Shown one piece after another: positions 45,969 to 64,000 of a stretch of 64,000 nucleotides of DNA. Under the pieces are notes generated by a model. That model was not told where the DNA came from. It saw only the letters and a program-made list of their open reading frames with translations, and searched no databases. Every line of letters begins with the position of its first letter. Positions within the stretch are counted from its first letter, which is position 1. The stretch is from the human T2T-CHM13v2.0 reference genome, Homo sapiens. The DNA lies in assembly GCF_009914755.1 (NCBI RefSeq), contig NC_060928.1. The stretch is one strand, 5' to 3'. The position numbers and the translations under genes were made by a program.

Positions 45969-47111
<1,143 letters not shown>

Positions 47112-47996
47112 ATTGAGATGATCATTTGTTTTTTGTTTAAAAATATTATTCAATACTAAAAAGAACTGAGCTATCAAGTCATGAAAATACATGGAGAAAA
47201 CTGAAATGCATCTAAGTCAAAGATGCTATTCTGAAAAAGACTATGTTTTGCAGTGCATGTAAAATCTATGTTTATACGATATTGTATGATTCCAACTTTA
47301 TGACATTCTGGAAACAATAAAAAATATCAGTGGCTGTCAAAGATTGTGGAAAGAAAGGCATAAATAGGCAGATCACAGAGGATTCTTTGGGCAGTGAAAT
47401 TACTCTGTATGATACTACATTGGTGGATATATATCATTATTCACATGTGAAGCCCATAGAGTGTACAATATCAAGAGTGAACTCTAACGTAAATGATGGA
47501 CTTTGAATAATGCTGCATCAATATAGGTTTATTGATTATAACAAATGTACCACTCTGATTAGGGATGTTGATAATGTGGGAGGCTACTAATGTGTGGGGT
47601 CAGGGAATATATGGGAAATCTCTGTAACTTCCTCTCAATTTTGCTCTGAGTTTAAAAATGCTCTAAAAATGTTTATTAAAAAATTAGGAAAGTAACACTT
47701 TCTAAAATGGATTTTATTATTATAAAAACAGATTCTTTTAAAAATTTATTTATTCTGGAACTTGTCTACATATGTTACCAAGTTTAATTATAACAGTCTT
47801 GGTCTGCCTTTTAAAATATTTGTTATATTTTTCAATTTTGTACAGATAGTTTAAAAACAATATAGGCTACCCAATATGTTGAACTAAAAATTACATTCTC
47901 TTCTTACTGAACCTTTAAATTTTGTTTACAACTTCCTATTTCAGGCAATATTTCTACAACAGCATCTTTTGCTTTTGGTGAGTTTTATTCCAAATA

Positions 47997-50410
47997 CATA
48001 TGTACCTCAGAGATATTGTGGAGTTGGTTCCAAACCACTGTAATAAAGTGGATATCACAATAAAGCAAGTCACACACTTTTTTTTTTTTTGCTTTCATGG
48101 TGCATATAAAAGTTATGTTTACACTGCACTACACAGTCCATTAAGTGGGCAATAGTGTTAAGTCTAAAAAAAGACATACCTTAATTCAAATATTTTCTTT
48201 TTGCTAAAAAATGCTATTGAACATCTGAGCCCTTCAGTGAGTCCTAATCTCTTGCTGACAAGATTTTGCCTTGATGTTGATAGCTGCTGGACTGATCAGG
48301 GTAATGGTTGCAGGGTGGCTGTCGCAATTTCTTAAAATAAGTAAAAAATGAAGTTTGCTGCTGACTCTTCCTTTCACAAAGTATTTCTCTGTAGCATGCA
48401 ATGCTGTTTGATCGCATTTTACCCACAGTATAACTTCTTTCCAAATTGAAGTCAATCCTCTTAAATCCAGCAGCTGCTTTGTCAACTAAGTTTATGTAAT
48501 ATTCCAAGTTCTTTGTGTCATTTCAACAGTGTTCACAGTATCTTCACCAGGAGTAGTTTCCATCTCAAAAAATCACTTTCATTGCTCATACATAAGAAGC
48601 AACTTTTCATCCATTTATGTTTTATCCATATATTGCAGCAATTCAGATACACCTCAGGCTCTGTTTATAATTCTAGTTTCTTCCTATTTTCACCACATCT
48701 ATAGTGACTTCCTCCACTGAAGTCTTGAACCACTCAAAGGAATCTGTGAAGGTTGGAATCAAGTTCTTCAAACTCCTATTAATGTTGATATTTGAACTCT
48801 TCCCATAAATCATGACTTTTCTTAATGAAATCTAGAATGAAGTATTCTCTTCAGAAGGCTTTCAATTTACTTCGCTCAGATCCATCAAGAGGAATAACTA
48901 TCTATGACAGCTATAGCCTTACAAAATGTATCTCTTAAATAATAAGACTTGAAGATCAAAATTACTCCTTCATCCAAAGGCTGCAGAATGGATGTTGTAC
49001 TGATGAACATGAAAACCACATTAATCTCCTTATATGTCTCTTTCAGAGCTCGAGTGACCAGTTGTTTTGTCAGTGAACAGTAACATTTTGAAAGAAATCT
49101 TTTTTTCTGTAAAGTAGCTCTCAACAGTAGGCTTAAAACATTCAGTAAACCGTGCTATAAACAGATGCGCTATCATCCAGGCTGTGTTCCATATTTAGAG
49201 CACAGGCAGAGGTTTAACATAATTCTTAAGATCCCTAGAATTCTTGGAATGGTAAGTGAATATCAGCTTCAACTTCAAGCCACCAGCTGGATTAGTCCCT
49301 AACAAGAGAGTCAGCTTGTCCATTGAAGCTTTGAAGCCAGGCATTGACTTCTTCCTCCATTGTAGGATTATTAACTGGCTTAATAAAAGTCCTGGATGGC
49401 ATCTTCTTCCAATGTAAAGCTGTTCCATCTACACTAATTGTTTAGTCATTGTTCCATCTACATACATTGTTGTTTAGTGTAGCCACTTTCATCAATTATC
49501 TTACCTGAATTTTCTGAATAACTTGCTGCAGCTTCTCCATCTGAACTTTGCTGCTTCTCCTTGCACTTTTATGTTATGAAGACAGCTTTGTTCTTAAACC
49601 TCACGAACCAACTTCTGCTACCTTCCAAACTTTCTTCTGCTGCTTCCTTACCCCTCTCAGCCTTCATAGGCTTGAAGGCTTGAAGAAAGTTAGGGCCTTG
49701 CTTTGGCTTAAGGGAATGTTATGGATGGTTTGATCTATCCAGACCACTAAAACTTTCTGCATATCAGTAATAAGTCTGTTTCACTTTCTTATCATTCATG
49801 TGTTCACTCAAGTAACACTTTTAATTTAAGAGCTTCCTTTGGATTCACAACTTGGCTAACTGTTTAGCACAAGAGGCCAGTTTTCAGCCTATCTTAGCTT
49901 CCCAAATGCTTTCTTTGCTAAGCTTAATCATTGCTAGCTTTTGATTTTAAGTGAGAGACACGAGACTCTTCCTTTCACTTGAACATTTAGAGGCCATTGT
50001 AGGGTTATTAACTGGCCTAATTTAAATACATTGTATTTAAAGGAATAGGGAGGATGGAGGAGAGGGAGAAAGATTGGAGAATGGTCAGCTGGTGGAGAAG
50101 TCAGAACAAACACAATATTTATCAATTAAGTTTACTGTCTTACATGGGCATAGTTTTGATACCCAAAAACAATTACAACAGTAACATCAGAGATCACTAA
50201 TCACAAATCACCATAACAGATATAATAATAATGAGAAAGTATGAAATATTGTGAGAATTATCAAGATGTGACACAGACACATGAAGCTGTTATGAAAAAT
50301 GACATCAATAGACCTGCTTGATGCAGGACTGCCACAAACTTTCAATTTGAAAGAAATGAAATATTTGCAAAGTGCAATAAAGCAAAGCACAATAAAACAA
50401 AGCATACCTG
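47997..50410 (-). mobile_element. Full-length (~2.4 kb) Tigger1 DNA transposon; transposase pseudogenised
   Basis: Both TIR-bearing ends (CATATGTACCTCAGAGATATTG; rc CAGGTATGCTTTGTTTTATTGTGC), TA on both flanks; ORF fragments '[13 protein letters not shown]', 'MPGFKASMDKLTLLLGTN' (pogo/CENP-B DDE family). Confidence 0.95.
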
Positions 50411-51219
50411 TATTTTATTATTATTGAGAATAAGCCTTTAAAATATATTTGTTTACCATTTATATTTCATTGAATTTTCTATTCTTTGATATACCCATTT
50501 ATCTATTAGAAACAGTATTTTTCTAATATATTTAAATATGGTCTTTCTACAGTAGTCTTCTGACACAGTTCATGCAAATATTTTCCTCAGTTTATCGTTT
50601 TTTATTTCTTTTCACTGTATTGAAATTCTAGAATTTTATCTTTGGTAATCTGTTAGTCTACTTCTGTGTGATTGCCTCAAAGATCAGAAATTTGTCAGTC
50701 ATCAAAATACATAATAATTACCTTTCTGCCATGTGTATTACCTTATATTTGCCTTTTCGAATTTATATATTGTTCCTCAAAATGGAAATTTTTTGTGTGT
50801 TTTATCTGATGTTTAAGTAACTGAAAACATTATTTTATATTAAAATAAATATATTATGTTCCAGTATGCAAAATTTGTATGAAGATCAATGTTAAGCAGG
50901 AAACATCAATCCACTTTCCAGTTAGAACCAACTGCTTTTACTTTGCTCTGGAGCCTTTGGCCATATGTTGGACTGTCCCTGCCTTTACATTGCAAGAGGG
51001 AAGTTGAGGTCCATTAGCAAATATTTGTGTCTAGCATCATTTATTTTGTTTTGTTTCTTCAGATAATATATGCTAAATAAATACTTCAATATACTTGCTT
51101 TGAAAAGCGAGATTTCCTATTTAAAGAAAGTCATTTGGCTTTATGTATAAGTACTGCCATCTATTCATTGAATCAAGTTTCCTTTTTTGTGTAAATCTGA
51201 GTTTTATTTTTCATTCCTT

Positions 51220-51640
51220 CAGAATATATTGGTGGCAGAGACTCAGATTTGTTCTTCTCATTGTCTAGAGTAATAGAAGTGTAGCAGGAAAAATGGCTTT
51301 CCACATTGCATATACATTTACTCAGCTTTTCTTCTGGCTGGGTGGGGCTTTGTGGTCAAATTATGGCCTAAGCTATGTGAAGGGGTGTGTTCTCTGCAAC
51401 ATCCACATCATGTCCTTAAGGAGAAGAGAGATGCCTTTGCCTCAACCTGCTTCCCTTCCTGCCAGCCTCTGAGAAAGCACAAGTGAGCAATACTAACCTG
51501 TACCCGCCAGGGTTCCTCCTGAAAGGCATGATGGAGCTGCTAACCAGAGTGTATTATTAAACTCTACTGAGTCTGGACTAAAATATTCTTTAAAAGTATT
51601 TACTAGACAAATTATTTGGAGAGCATATCCTTGGTTTAAG
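51220..51640 (+). mobile_element. Ancient MLT1 (J/I-like) LTR remnant
   Basis: ATGTCCTTAAGGAGAAG..TGCC..CCCTTCCTGC..CATGATGGAGCTGC pattern; very diverged. Confidence 0.4.
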
Positions 51641-51771
51641 AATGCAAAGAGAAAAAAAAACGTAGTTGTCATTTTCAAACATGTTTAAGAGGTTTCAAAA
51701 GATCCAGTTTATAACATATAAAACATAGTATCAGAAGCCCCAAAGGATTTTTTATCTCACAACATGCTTCT

Positions 51772-51985
51772 GGAAGGCGGTGTAGAATTGTATAAAAAGA
51801 ATTAAGGATGTTTCCATTATGGCAAAACTCACCAGCTCTTTTAGTTCTGTAACTTTGGTTAGTTTACTATTCTGAATTACAGTTTCCTCATTCTTAAAAA
51901 GATTATGCTGCAGTGTATTTTATGAAGATGTTTAGTTGATAAAATATACAAAATGCTTAACACTAAATAATGTTAGTTCCCTTCC
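51772..51985 (+). mobile_element. MIR
   Basis: CTGTAACTTTGG...CAGTTTCCTCATTCTTAAAA core, AAATGCTTAACAC..AATGTTAGTT end. Confidence 0.65.
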
Positions 51986-54135
51986 TTATCTGCTTATCTG
52001 ATAGTGTTACTATATCAAGATTGATTTTTTTCTAAATACTTGAAAGTCTTTCTTAGTTGACAAACACTTTGAGTCTTAAAAGTTACTTCGGTGTTGTGAT
52101 TGTATTTTAGAATATTTAATAAAACGGTCCTTGGATTCCTCATTGTCTCATAAGCACTGAAATATTGTGGCCAGGAACATCTCAGCAGGAAGCTGGATGG
52201 ACACCAGGGAACAAGCCTTACTTTTCACACCTCAAAAAATTTATCTGGAAAATTAAAGAGCTTCACTGGGGGTTGGTAATTTTATCAGGATCTGTGCTAT
52301 GTAAAAAATAAATGTATCACTGAGATTGGAAAAAGACTCATTCTAAATGATTAAGGAAAGCACACCTCTTTTTTTTTTTTTCTTTTTGACAACTTGATTG
52401 GGGGGGAAAGGGTGGAAAATGGCCCTACTTAAGAAAAGTAAGCAAAGTATTGGCAGGCAGTGACTTTAAATTGCACATTAAACTAATCCAGGGCTATGCC
52501 TTAATAAAGGTGAGGGCTGGGAATTCTTATGGATTTTCTAGCTCATTGCTGGGACAACATAGAAAGGCAATAAATGTTCTATTACTTACACAAGCTGCTA
52601 GTTTTCAGAAAATTAGTCACCAGTGACCTTTTACCCTTTGTCTTGCTTTCCTCCTCAGTCACTGCACCTGAACTGAATCAAATGCAGACCAGACCACAGA
52701 GAAGTTTCTGGGCTAACCTCCTACAAATTGAAATAACTGGGTTTTGGTATAATCAATAAAATGTATCTATTAGGAAAAATATAATTTAATACATTTATTT
52801 TACCAGATACAAAAGGCTACATTCCCAAGTTGTTGTTTTAAGTGAAATAAATTTTATCTTACTTCAAACAAACACATCTCACTTCAAACAAGTTGAATAT
52901 TTAAATGACATTCCATTGAAAGTTCTTTATTTTTACACAAAAACGACAATAATACAATGTTTTTTCTGTTAGCCCTTGCCTAAATGCAGGACCATGAGTG
53001 TGTGGGTAATGGTGGGAGAAGCATGAAGTGGCAGAGGCTAGAGTCTCAGGGTTGATAGTGAAGAGGAACAGAAAGGGAGAGAAGTTATGTGATATGGGGC
53101 ATCCAGTCCTTATATTGAATTATATTGATTAGTTTTCCAGTTAGCAGGGAGACCTCCTTCTGACCCTATTTTCAGGGTCACTAGATCATAATGCAATCTC
53201 ACCAAGAGGCTGGCATTCCTCCCCATATTGCTTTCTGAGGAAAGTATGGACCTGAAAATCGCCCATTTAAAGCTTTCTCTTTTTTTCCTCCTTTTGCTGG
53301 ATTCTACCTAACAAATGCATATATAAATTGCATATACAGTGTAATAACACATGTTGCAATGGACAGAAGATAAGATATAAAAATGGTCCCAACCTTTTGC
53401 CAAAAGGCTATTTTAGAAATTGAATCTCATAAACAGCATTTCATCTGAATCAGGAAAATAAAATGAAAATATCTGACAAACAGGTGGGCCTGCTATAAGA
53501 TCTGAACCATTTATTAGAGAAACCTTAATTTTGTGTTAAAGTATGGTTGAAGCATACAGCAAACACTAAATATTAAAGACATAATAAGGGATATTTTTGG
53601 TTTATTCATGTGAATTTTCATCTTATACCAAACATGAATGATTCACTAGCAGACCAAACAATTATGTGTCTATGAATATTTATGGACCAAAAAAATACCC
53701 GGGGGATTTTTTAAGAAGATGGCATAATTTCAAGACTTTTTCAGCCTTTAAAATTTTACTTATATGAAACAATCTGGGAAAACTGTAGTTTAAAAAGGCA
53801 TTTACTGTAATTTATAGGAAACTCACAAAGAGACATTTTGATATTGTGGAGACAAAGCAAATGCATTTTTTACCTTTCAGCTAACTGTACTGATGTAGGC
53901 CTATCTTACTGGCAATCTGTAGTAGCCATTAGACATGCAGTTGTAGCTTTCCGCAAGGGCCTGTTGGTACTTTGTGATCTGTTTCCTTACCTGCTATGCC
54001 TCTACCTCTATGTCTTCGTGTTTTATTTGACTAAAAGAAGCCTTCTTGTCTTTGACCACTGACTTCCTTCTAACATGCTAACCCAATCTTTTGGCTCTAG
54101 GCTGAATTTATGGTTCACTCTCACTGTTCTTCTTC

Positions 54136-54139
<4 letters not shown>

Positions 54140-54209
<70 letters not shown>

Positions 54210-54244
54210 CACACACACACATACACACACACACACACACACAC
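54140..54244. repeat. Compound microsatellite (TA)33 followed by interrupted (CA)n
   Basis: Direct reading: uninterrupted TA at 54140-54205. Confidence 0.97.
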
Positions 54245-54314
54245 TTTTACTATTTGGTTGTTAATCTCATTTTTTCTCTATTTAGAGAGAGATCCTGGGC
54301 TGTAACATCACTCC

Positions 54315-54600
54315 CTGAGGCCATTATCTTAAGTGAAATAACTTAGAAACAGAAATTCAAATAACACATGTTCTCATTTGAAAATGGGAGCTAAATAAAA
54401 TGGACAGAAAGAATGGTACACTCCAAAAGGTGGGAGGGTGGGAGGGAGTTGAGGGATGAGAAATTACTTAATAGGCACAAAATACACTCTTTGGGACATG
54501 GTTATACTAAAACCCCAGACCACCACTAAGCAATATGTTCATGTGTTAAATCTGCACTTGTGCCCCCTACACGTGTACAAATTTAAAAACAAACAAAAAA
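54315..54600 (+). mobile_element. Short L1PB4/L1MA-like 3' end
   Basis: GAGGCCATTATCTTAAGTGAAATAAC...GGTGGGAGGGTGGGAGGG; TSD ATCACTCC (54307-14, 54601-08). Confidence 0.87.
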
Positions 54601-56159
54601 ATCACTCCATGAACCAAAATCTTCCGTTGACTCAATAGAATTGCTATATCATATCATCTTGGAAATGCCTTGCTTAAACTTCTTTTTATTAATTCGGGTC
54701 ATTCTGTAATGTGTTAATATTAATAAGGTATATGAGGCGGAGATGTTGTTGAAAGACAGCATAAGTAACAGAATTGGTAGAACAATAAAAATGCAGAATC
54801 ATAAAATAATTCTCCCCAACCAATAAGCAAGACTCAAACAATTGTTCCCAAGTCTTCAAGAAGTATCCCAGAACATACCCATTCTCTATGGGAATGTCTG
54901 CTCTCACTGTCTCAATCTGTCAGAAACATCAAAGGAATAGAGAGCATGAGTAATTTCTACTTTCTAAATTCCCTTCATATTACTGCCAAATGTGCTTTTT
55001 CACCAAAAGTGTCCACATATTTCAACATATTTTTCCTCCCATCAGACAGATTGTAGTAGGCCAAAATGCTCTGGAGGTGCAGATAAAAACAACCCACTGG
55101 CTGTGACTAGGATAAAGTTGATTTCTTGAGCCTGCCATAATCAGAAGAGCAAATGTGAAGCTCCTACCAGGGGATGTGGCTTTGCTGCTGCTTATAGTTA
55201 CATGCCCAGAGGAAACAAATGTCAAGACTATCCTAGGTATCAGTTGGGATTTTTGAGGAAAATAGAGGGAGAGCTATAAAGAGAAAAAGTGGACACTGGA
55301 GGAGATCTTTTTAGGCCCCTTTCTCATGGAAAGTCTGCAGTGGCTTGTTTCTATTTATATTACTTTGCTTACGAGTAAATGTATAAAGAGTTTGAAGCTC
55401 AGAGACTAAATTTGCAGATATCATTTAGACCTTAATTTGATATTTATATCTTGGATCATGTAGAGAAGTCTGGTTTTGACAGAAAATTACATGCTTGCTA
55501 TCCATTTATGATACTGCATTCATTATAATGTAATCTTTGCTATGTTGTATGCATTACATTGTTGTTATATTTTATGTATGATATAACCAATAAAGAAATA
55601 ATAAAAATAATTCTGAATGACTGTCTTGAACTGTTTGTACTTCAGCTGGACTATTTAGCAGTGAGTTAAAGCCTCTTTATTTTGGATGTATAACACAACA
55701 AAATTAAAACCTATTAAGCAGTTTTACTTCATTTTGTTAATAAGGAGAACTAGGGAAGACAAAAATGCCATCATTTTTCACCAACATTCTGATAAAATGA
55801 CTTTATAATAATTATTAGGTGTTCCTGGAAGTCAAATTTAACTCTATGTAAATTAACATGAAAGTGTCCCAAAAGTGTCTTATTGAAGTTTAGTACCCTT
55901 CAGGGTTTGGCTGGAATGGCTGCCTTAGGTAGGGTGGAAATTGTTGTTTAGTGTCTATACCACAACTTAAAATGACAGAATTAACTAGTCAATTTGTTAC
56001 ACAGATCACCAAAATGTTCTAGAGGTAAAATCTGTTAACTTGAATATTAAAATGAAAACCCCTAGATAATCTCAGTCACAGTTAACTTATACCTAACAGG
56101 ATACTTTTAAATGAAACTATAGAAAAAAGAATAAATTAGTATAAATTGATGAAATCACA

Positions 56160-56290
56160 TTTGATTGATTTCATTCAATAAGCAGTCATTTCCTGAGAAG
56201 CTATTATTCTGTGTTAGATGTCACATAAAATGAGGGATACGAGAGGTAAATAAGACCCCAACCTGTCCCCCTTGGAGCCCATAGTTTGAC
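56160..56290 (-). mobile_element. L2 3' end fragment
   Basis: TTCATTCAATAAGC...GGGATAC..AGGTAAATAAGAC..CTTGGAGCCCATAGT. Confidence 0.55.
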
Positions 56291-56404
56291 TCACCTAATT
56301 GGCCCAGAATGCAGTATGTCTAGCAACATTTAAGATGTATACATCAAAATTTCCTTTAGAATGGTAACAGATTCATTTATTTCTTATTTTCATAAAACCA
56401 TATG

Positions 56405-57207
56405 ACCAAATATATGCCTGATTCTGCTGTAAGAAATAAACAATTACAGCTACTTAAATGGGAAAGAGATTTAGTACAGGGAATTGGGTACCCTTACAAT
56501 TGCTGGAGGAGTGGAATTTTGCCAGGGTCCCAGAACACCACTGCCATTCTGCAGTATGGGGAAGGTGGGAATCAGAGAAGCTGCCAGGCGAGCTGTTGTG
56601 TTCAAGAGTGCTTGGCCTTAGCTGCTCTCCAGTCGCAGGAAGTTCCTAACATTCCTGCTCTAAATGCCTCCTAAACCCACTGAGCTGGGACTGGGCACGG
56701 TGGCTAACACCTGTAATCCCAACAATTTGGGAGGCCGAGGTGGGAGGATCCCTTGAGCTCAGGAGTTTGAGATCATTCTGGGCAAGTGGGAGGATCACTT
56801 GAGTCCAGAAGGTCAAGGCTGCAGTGAACAGTTATTGCACCACCACATTCCAGCCTGCTGCTGGGTGACAGAGCAAGACCTGGTGTGAAAAAAAAAAAAA
56901 GAACCCAAAGACTAGAATACAAATGCCCAGCAAAATAAAACAGAACAAAACAGAACAAAAAAACAGTATCTTTAAAATCATAGCTATTAGCTGCACAAGA
57001 AGATGCAGCTGGAAGATGGTCCTTTTGTCTTCAAAATCTCACACAAGTGCAAACTTCAAATTGGTGAAATCTGATTTGCATCCTAAGTTCCACCTTTAAA
57101 GAAATCTAGTTAATAAACTTTTCAGCCTTCCAGCCCTTGGATTCTAGAGCTATCCACCTGAAAACGAAAGGGATGGTGCCCTATGCCAGCACAATGCATC
57201 TGCCACA
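56405..57207 (-). mobile_element. Ancient ERVL-type LTR (LTR33-like) split by an AluJ
   Basis: TACAGGGAATTGGGTAC near the left end; TTTTCAGCCTTCCAGCC and terminal ATCTGCCACA at the right end. Confidence 0.5.
56689..56900 (+). mobile_element. AluJ with internal deletion
   Basis: J-type GGAGGATC.CTTGAG.CCAG and AGGTCAAGGCTGCAGTGA; the left arm joins the right arm at ~56786 without the A-rich linker. Confidence 0.9.
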
Positions 57208-58024
57208 AACTGAGCTACCGCTGACATTTCAAAAATTTTCTTCAAATCTTTTAATTAAAGTAGAAAAATATTAAATTGTGGGTATCCATGAGTCCTAAAT
57301 TTACATTTTCTTCTTTCCTTGAACTTTGTGTTTCCTTCACAATGAATTGCTGCCACTAACTGCTTCTTCTGGGACATGTATGTGCTTACTTCTATCTGGA
57401 ATTCATAACATTCACCAAGCTTGGCTTACTTCAAGACCCTGTAGATAGATGCCCACTAGGGCACCCATGCTCACCTAAGTCACATTATTTTACCTTCGGC
57501 GAAACTGGCTTTTTAGCTTTTTACTTGTGTTTCCTTGGCATGATTATAAGCTCACAGAGATAATAAAATGAGCCTTGTAGTCAGAGTAACTAATTTATTG
57601 CCTGCTATGTATTGTACACAAACAAATGAATGAAAGAGTTCTTTTACATGTGATAATTTATTTTATTTTGTGTAAATATCATTTTTATTACTAGACTCAT
57701 TCATGTATGTATTTACTTCTATAAGCACTGATTAACAATCTGCTATGTGTAATGCATGGCAGATTGTGTGTGGTCCTGGAGATATCCTAACTGGAAGTTT
57801 AAAACATTCTCTAACCTAGATTTTCAAATGATGTGAAAGAGCGTTTCTTTCCCTGTACTATTCTTCACATATTTTAACTTTCCTAGGATGTTTTATAACA
57901 ATTCCTTTAAAAGTCATCTCTTCATTTCTGTGTAATAGTTCAGATTTCATAAGAGAAAAGAACCAGTAAGAGGTATTTTATGAAAAAGTTTATAACAAGA
58001 AAAGTATAAAACATATTTTAATTT

Positions 58025-58460
58025 TAGTTCTTAGTTTGCTGTGTGACCTTGAACAAATCACTTTACATATCTCTATCCCTATTTTTTCATTTTCAATGTA
58101 AGCCTAATTTTAGTTTTTATTGCTTACCTAATAGAAAACTCAAGCTGCTTGAAATCTTAACAAAAAGGATGATGAGAATAATAGAAATGTGCTCTGAACT
58201 CTTTAGAGAAAATAAGTTGTATAGATCCAAGTTAGCATTTTAATTACATAAAACACAATATGGCATAGCATTAAAGAAAATCTCTTCGGACAGACAGCTT
58301 GGCTCAGTATTCTGCCCTGCTCTGGACAAACTGGAAGACTTGAGGCACTGTACTTGACTTTTAAGTACCTCAGTTTCCTCACATTTAAAACTATTAGAGT
58401 ATTAACAAATGTAATTTCATTTCTATGAGTTATTTCAAGTGCTAAGTAAATACTATTTTT
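58025..58460 (+). mobile_element. Two MIR/MIR3 fragments (~58025-58200, ~58300-58460)
   Basis: GCTGTGTGACCTTGAACAAATCACTT and TACCTCAGTTTCCTCACATTTAAAA cores. Confidence 0.6.
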
Positions 58461-59065
58461 TTGTGCTTCATCTGAGTTTACTGCAAAAGCATCATACACA
58501 TAGGTGAAAAGAAGCACAAAACAGACTTATAAAAGACAAACACAGTTTGTCTGTTAACCTACCTTACTATGTAGCATTTGGGTTTATAGAAGCAGGCCAT
58601 ACTTTTCAAAATACCTGTTTTTAAAAAAATTAACTGAAGGCATAGATTTCCTTTAGACTATTATTATTAACACATCATGTTGTATTTCCTAAGAAAGAAG
58701 CATTATTCTTTTGCCTAGATTTCTTTCAGTACTATTAAAATTTCCCACACTTCACTTCTGTAACAATTTGTATTGTATTGTTGCAATAAGGCACTAACAT
58801 GCCCCTAAAAAATATTTTGCATGTAAGCATTATCTAAAATCCAGATTCATACTCAGATCCAGAGGCTTAAAATAAAACTTGTGGATTAAATTTTCTCATA
58901 TATCATCATACTAATTGAAAACAGCCAGGTGTATTGGAGTCTTGTATAGAAAACCAGAAGTAGAAGATACAAGGTAGTGACAAAGTTAAAAAGGTGACAT
59001 TTTTGGGGCAGTAAGATAATGGAAAGAATTTACTTTACAGTAAGATCTTTTATCATATTGAATAT

Positions 59066-59437
59066 TGGCATGATTTGGCTGTGTCCCCATAGAAATCTCA
59101 TCTTGAATTGTAGTCCTCCTAATCCCCATGTGTTGTGGGAGGGACCACGTAGAGATAATTGAATCATGGGGGTGGTTTCTCCCATGTAGTTCTCATCATA
59201 GTGAATTCTCAGGAGATCTGATGGTTTTATAAGGGGCTTCCCCCCTTTGCTGGACACTCATTCTCTCTCCTGCTGCCAAGTGAAGAAGGATGTGTTTGCT
59301 TCCCCTTCTGCCATGATTCTAAGTTTCCTGAGGCCTCCCCAGCCATGTAGAAGTGTGAGTAAATTGAATCTCTTTCCTTTACAAATTACCCAGTCTAGGG
59401 TATGTCTTTATTCGCAGCATGAGAATGGACTAATACA
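59066..59437 (+). mobile_element. THE1C/D solo LTR
   Basis: TGGCATGATTTGGCTGTGTCCCC...GGACTAATACA, 372 bp, perfect TSD AATAT (59061-65, 59438-42). Confidence 0.95.
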
Positions 59438-59607
59438 AATATATTGAATTTTTAGGAGTTCCATTTCATAGATAATGTTTGTCTTTGCTGTTTTTTTAAT
59501 ATTCTATTTATGTAGCACTTGCATGGCAGATAAATTTAAGAACAAATTGGAAGAAAGAAATCCTGTTTAGAAATAAAAGACAACTACAGACTTGCTTAAG
59601 AAAATAA

Positions 59608-63316
<3,709 letters not shown>

Positions 63317-63689
63317 AAGAAAATAACCTTATAAAATAAATATAAAATGGTTAAAAAAGAAAAAAAAATTATAACAGTTTGCTTTTAGTTCCCAATTAAA
63401 TTATTAGAAAAACTGAGTAAATGCTTACAAATTGTTAAGGTTATTTGACAGAGTAATTTTAGGCCAATCAAATCTAATGATAAAATATGACACGTATTTT
63501 ATATACTTCTAGTTTTCTTTTTTGATTTTTCACTTCAGTTTTGTAGTAACTAACTTTTATTGATTGTATTTTACAAAAGTATAGTCTATAAATGTACTGG
63601 AATAAAAATATACATACATACATATATAAATTCCTGAACTTCCCCTCAGTGTGAGAAGCACTGTTCTAATTTATTCTCTGCAGTGGCCC

Positions 63690-63855
63690 TATTAGGCATA
63701 CAGAAGGGATTCTACTACCCAACTCACATACTGAACATATACATCTCTGAGGGATTACATAATGTAGTTAAGGTCACAGAGCAAGGAAATGTTGGAATGA
63801 AATTCCAAGTTTATTACTCCATGTTTTATGCACTTTCCCTGATATCACACACTAT
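63690..63855 (-). mobile_element. MIR fragment
   Basis: TAAGGTCACAGAGCAAGGAAATG...GCACTTTCC..TATCACACT antisense MIR pattern. Confidence 0.55.
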
Positions 63856-64000
63856 CAGAGAAAGTAATACCACATGCTTAAAATCAATTGACCTGATAAG
63901 ACTAATTTTGGTTAGTTAATAGCAATGTAGGGAGAAACATTCAGAAGATTACATCATCTATCCATCTGTTTATCTATTTATTTATCTGAAGACAGACTTC

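Noticed and set aside
54023-54346. ORFs with YI/HT/CV dipeptide repeats
   Set aside because: Translations of the (TA)n(CA)n microsatellite

Overview
AT-rich, CpG-poor primate (hominoid, probably human) genomic DNA that is intergenic or deep intronic. I find no supportable host protein-coding exon, RNA gene, CpG island or CRISPR. Every long ORF in the track is LINE-1 ORF2 or Tigger1 transposase debris. Roughly half to two-thirds of the window is transposable elements. These include a young 3.7-kb 5'-truncated L1PA2-like element with a perfect TSD and one frameshift, and a full-length ~7.5-kb L1PA13-15/L1PREC2-like element nested in an older L1. There are also several L1PA4-8, L1PB, L1MA, L1MC and L1ME copies, a full-length Tigger1, two Tigger2 derivatives, THE1/MST/MLT1 LTRs, Alus, L2 and MIR. 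The most notable item is a ~780-bp polyadenylated retrocopy of an unidentified non-coding transcript (46154-46925), the innermost layer of a four-level nest: L1MC > L1PA16 > THE1 > retrocopy. Other mechanistic footprints are a tiny twin-primed L1, a candidate L1-mediated deletion, templated insertions and a de novo 32-bp-arm palindrome. I see no evidence for a novel multi-gene biological system. Subfamily names come from recalled consensus sequences and need RepeatMasker/Dfam confirmation.
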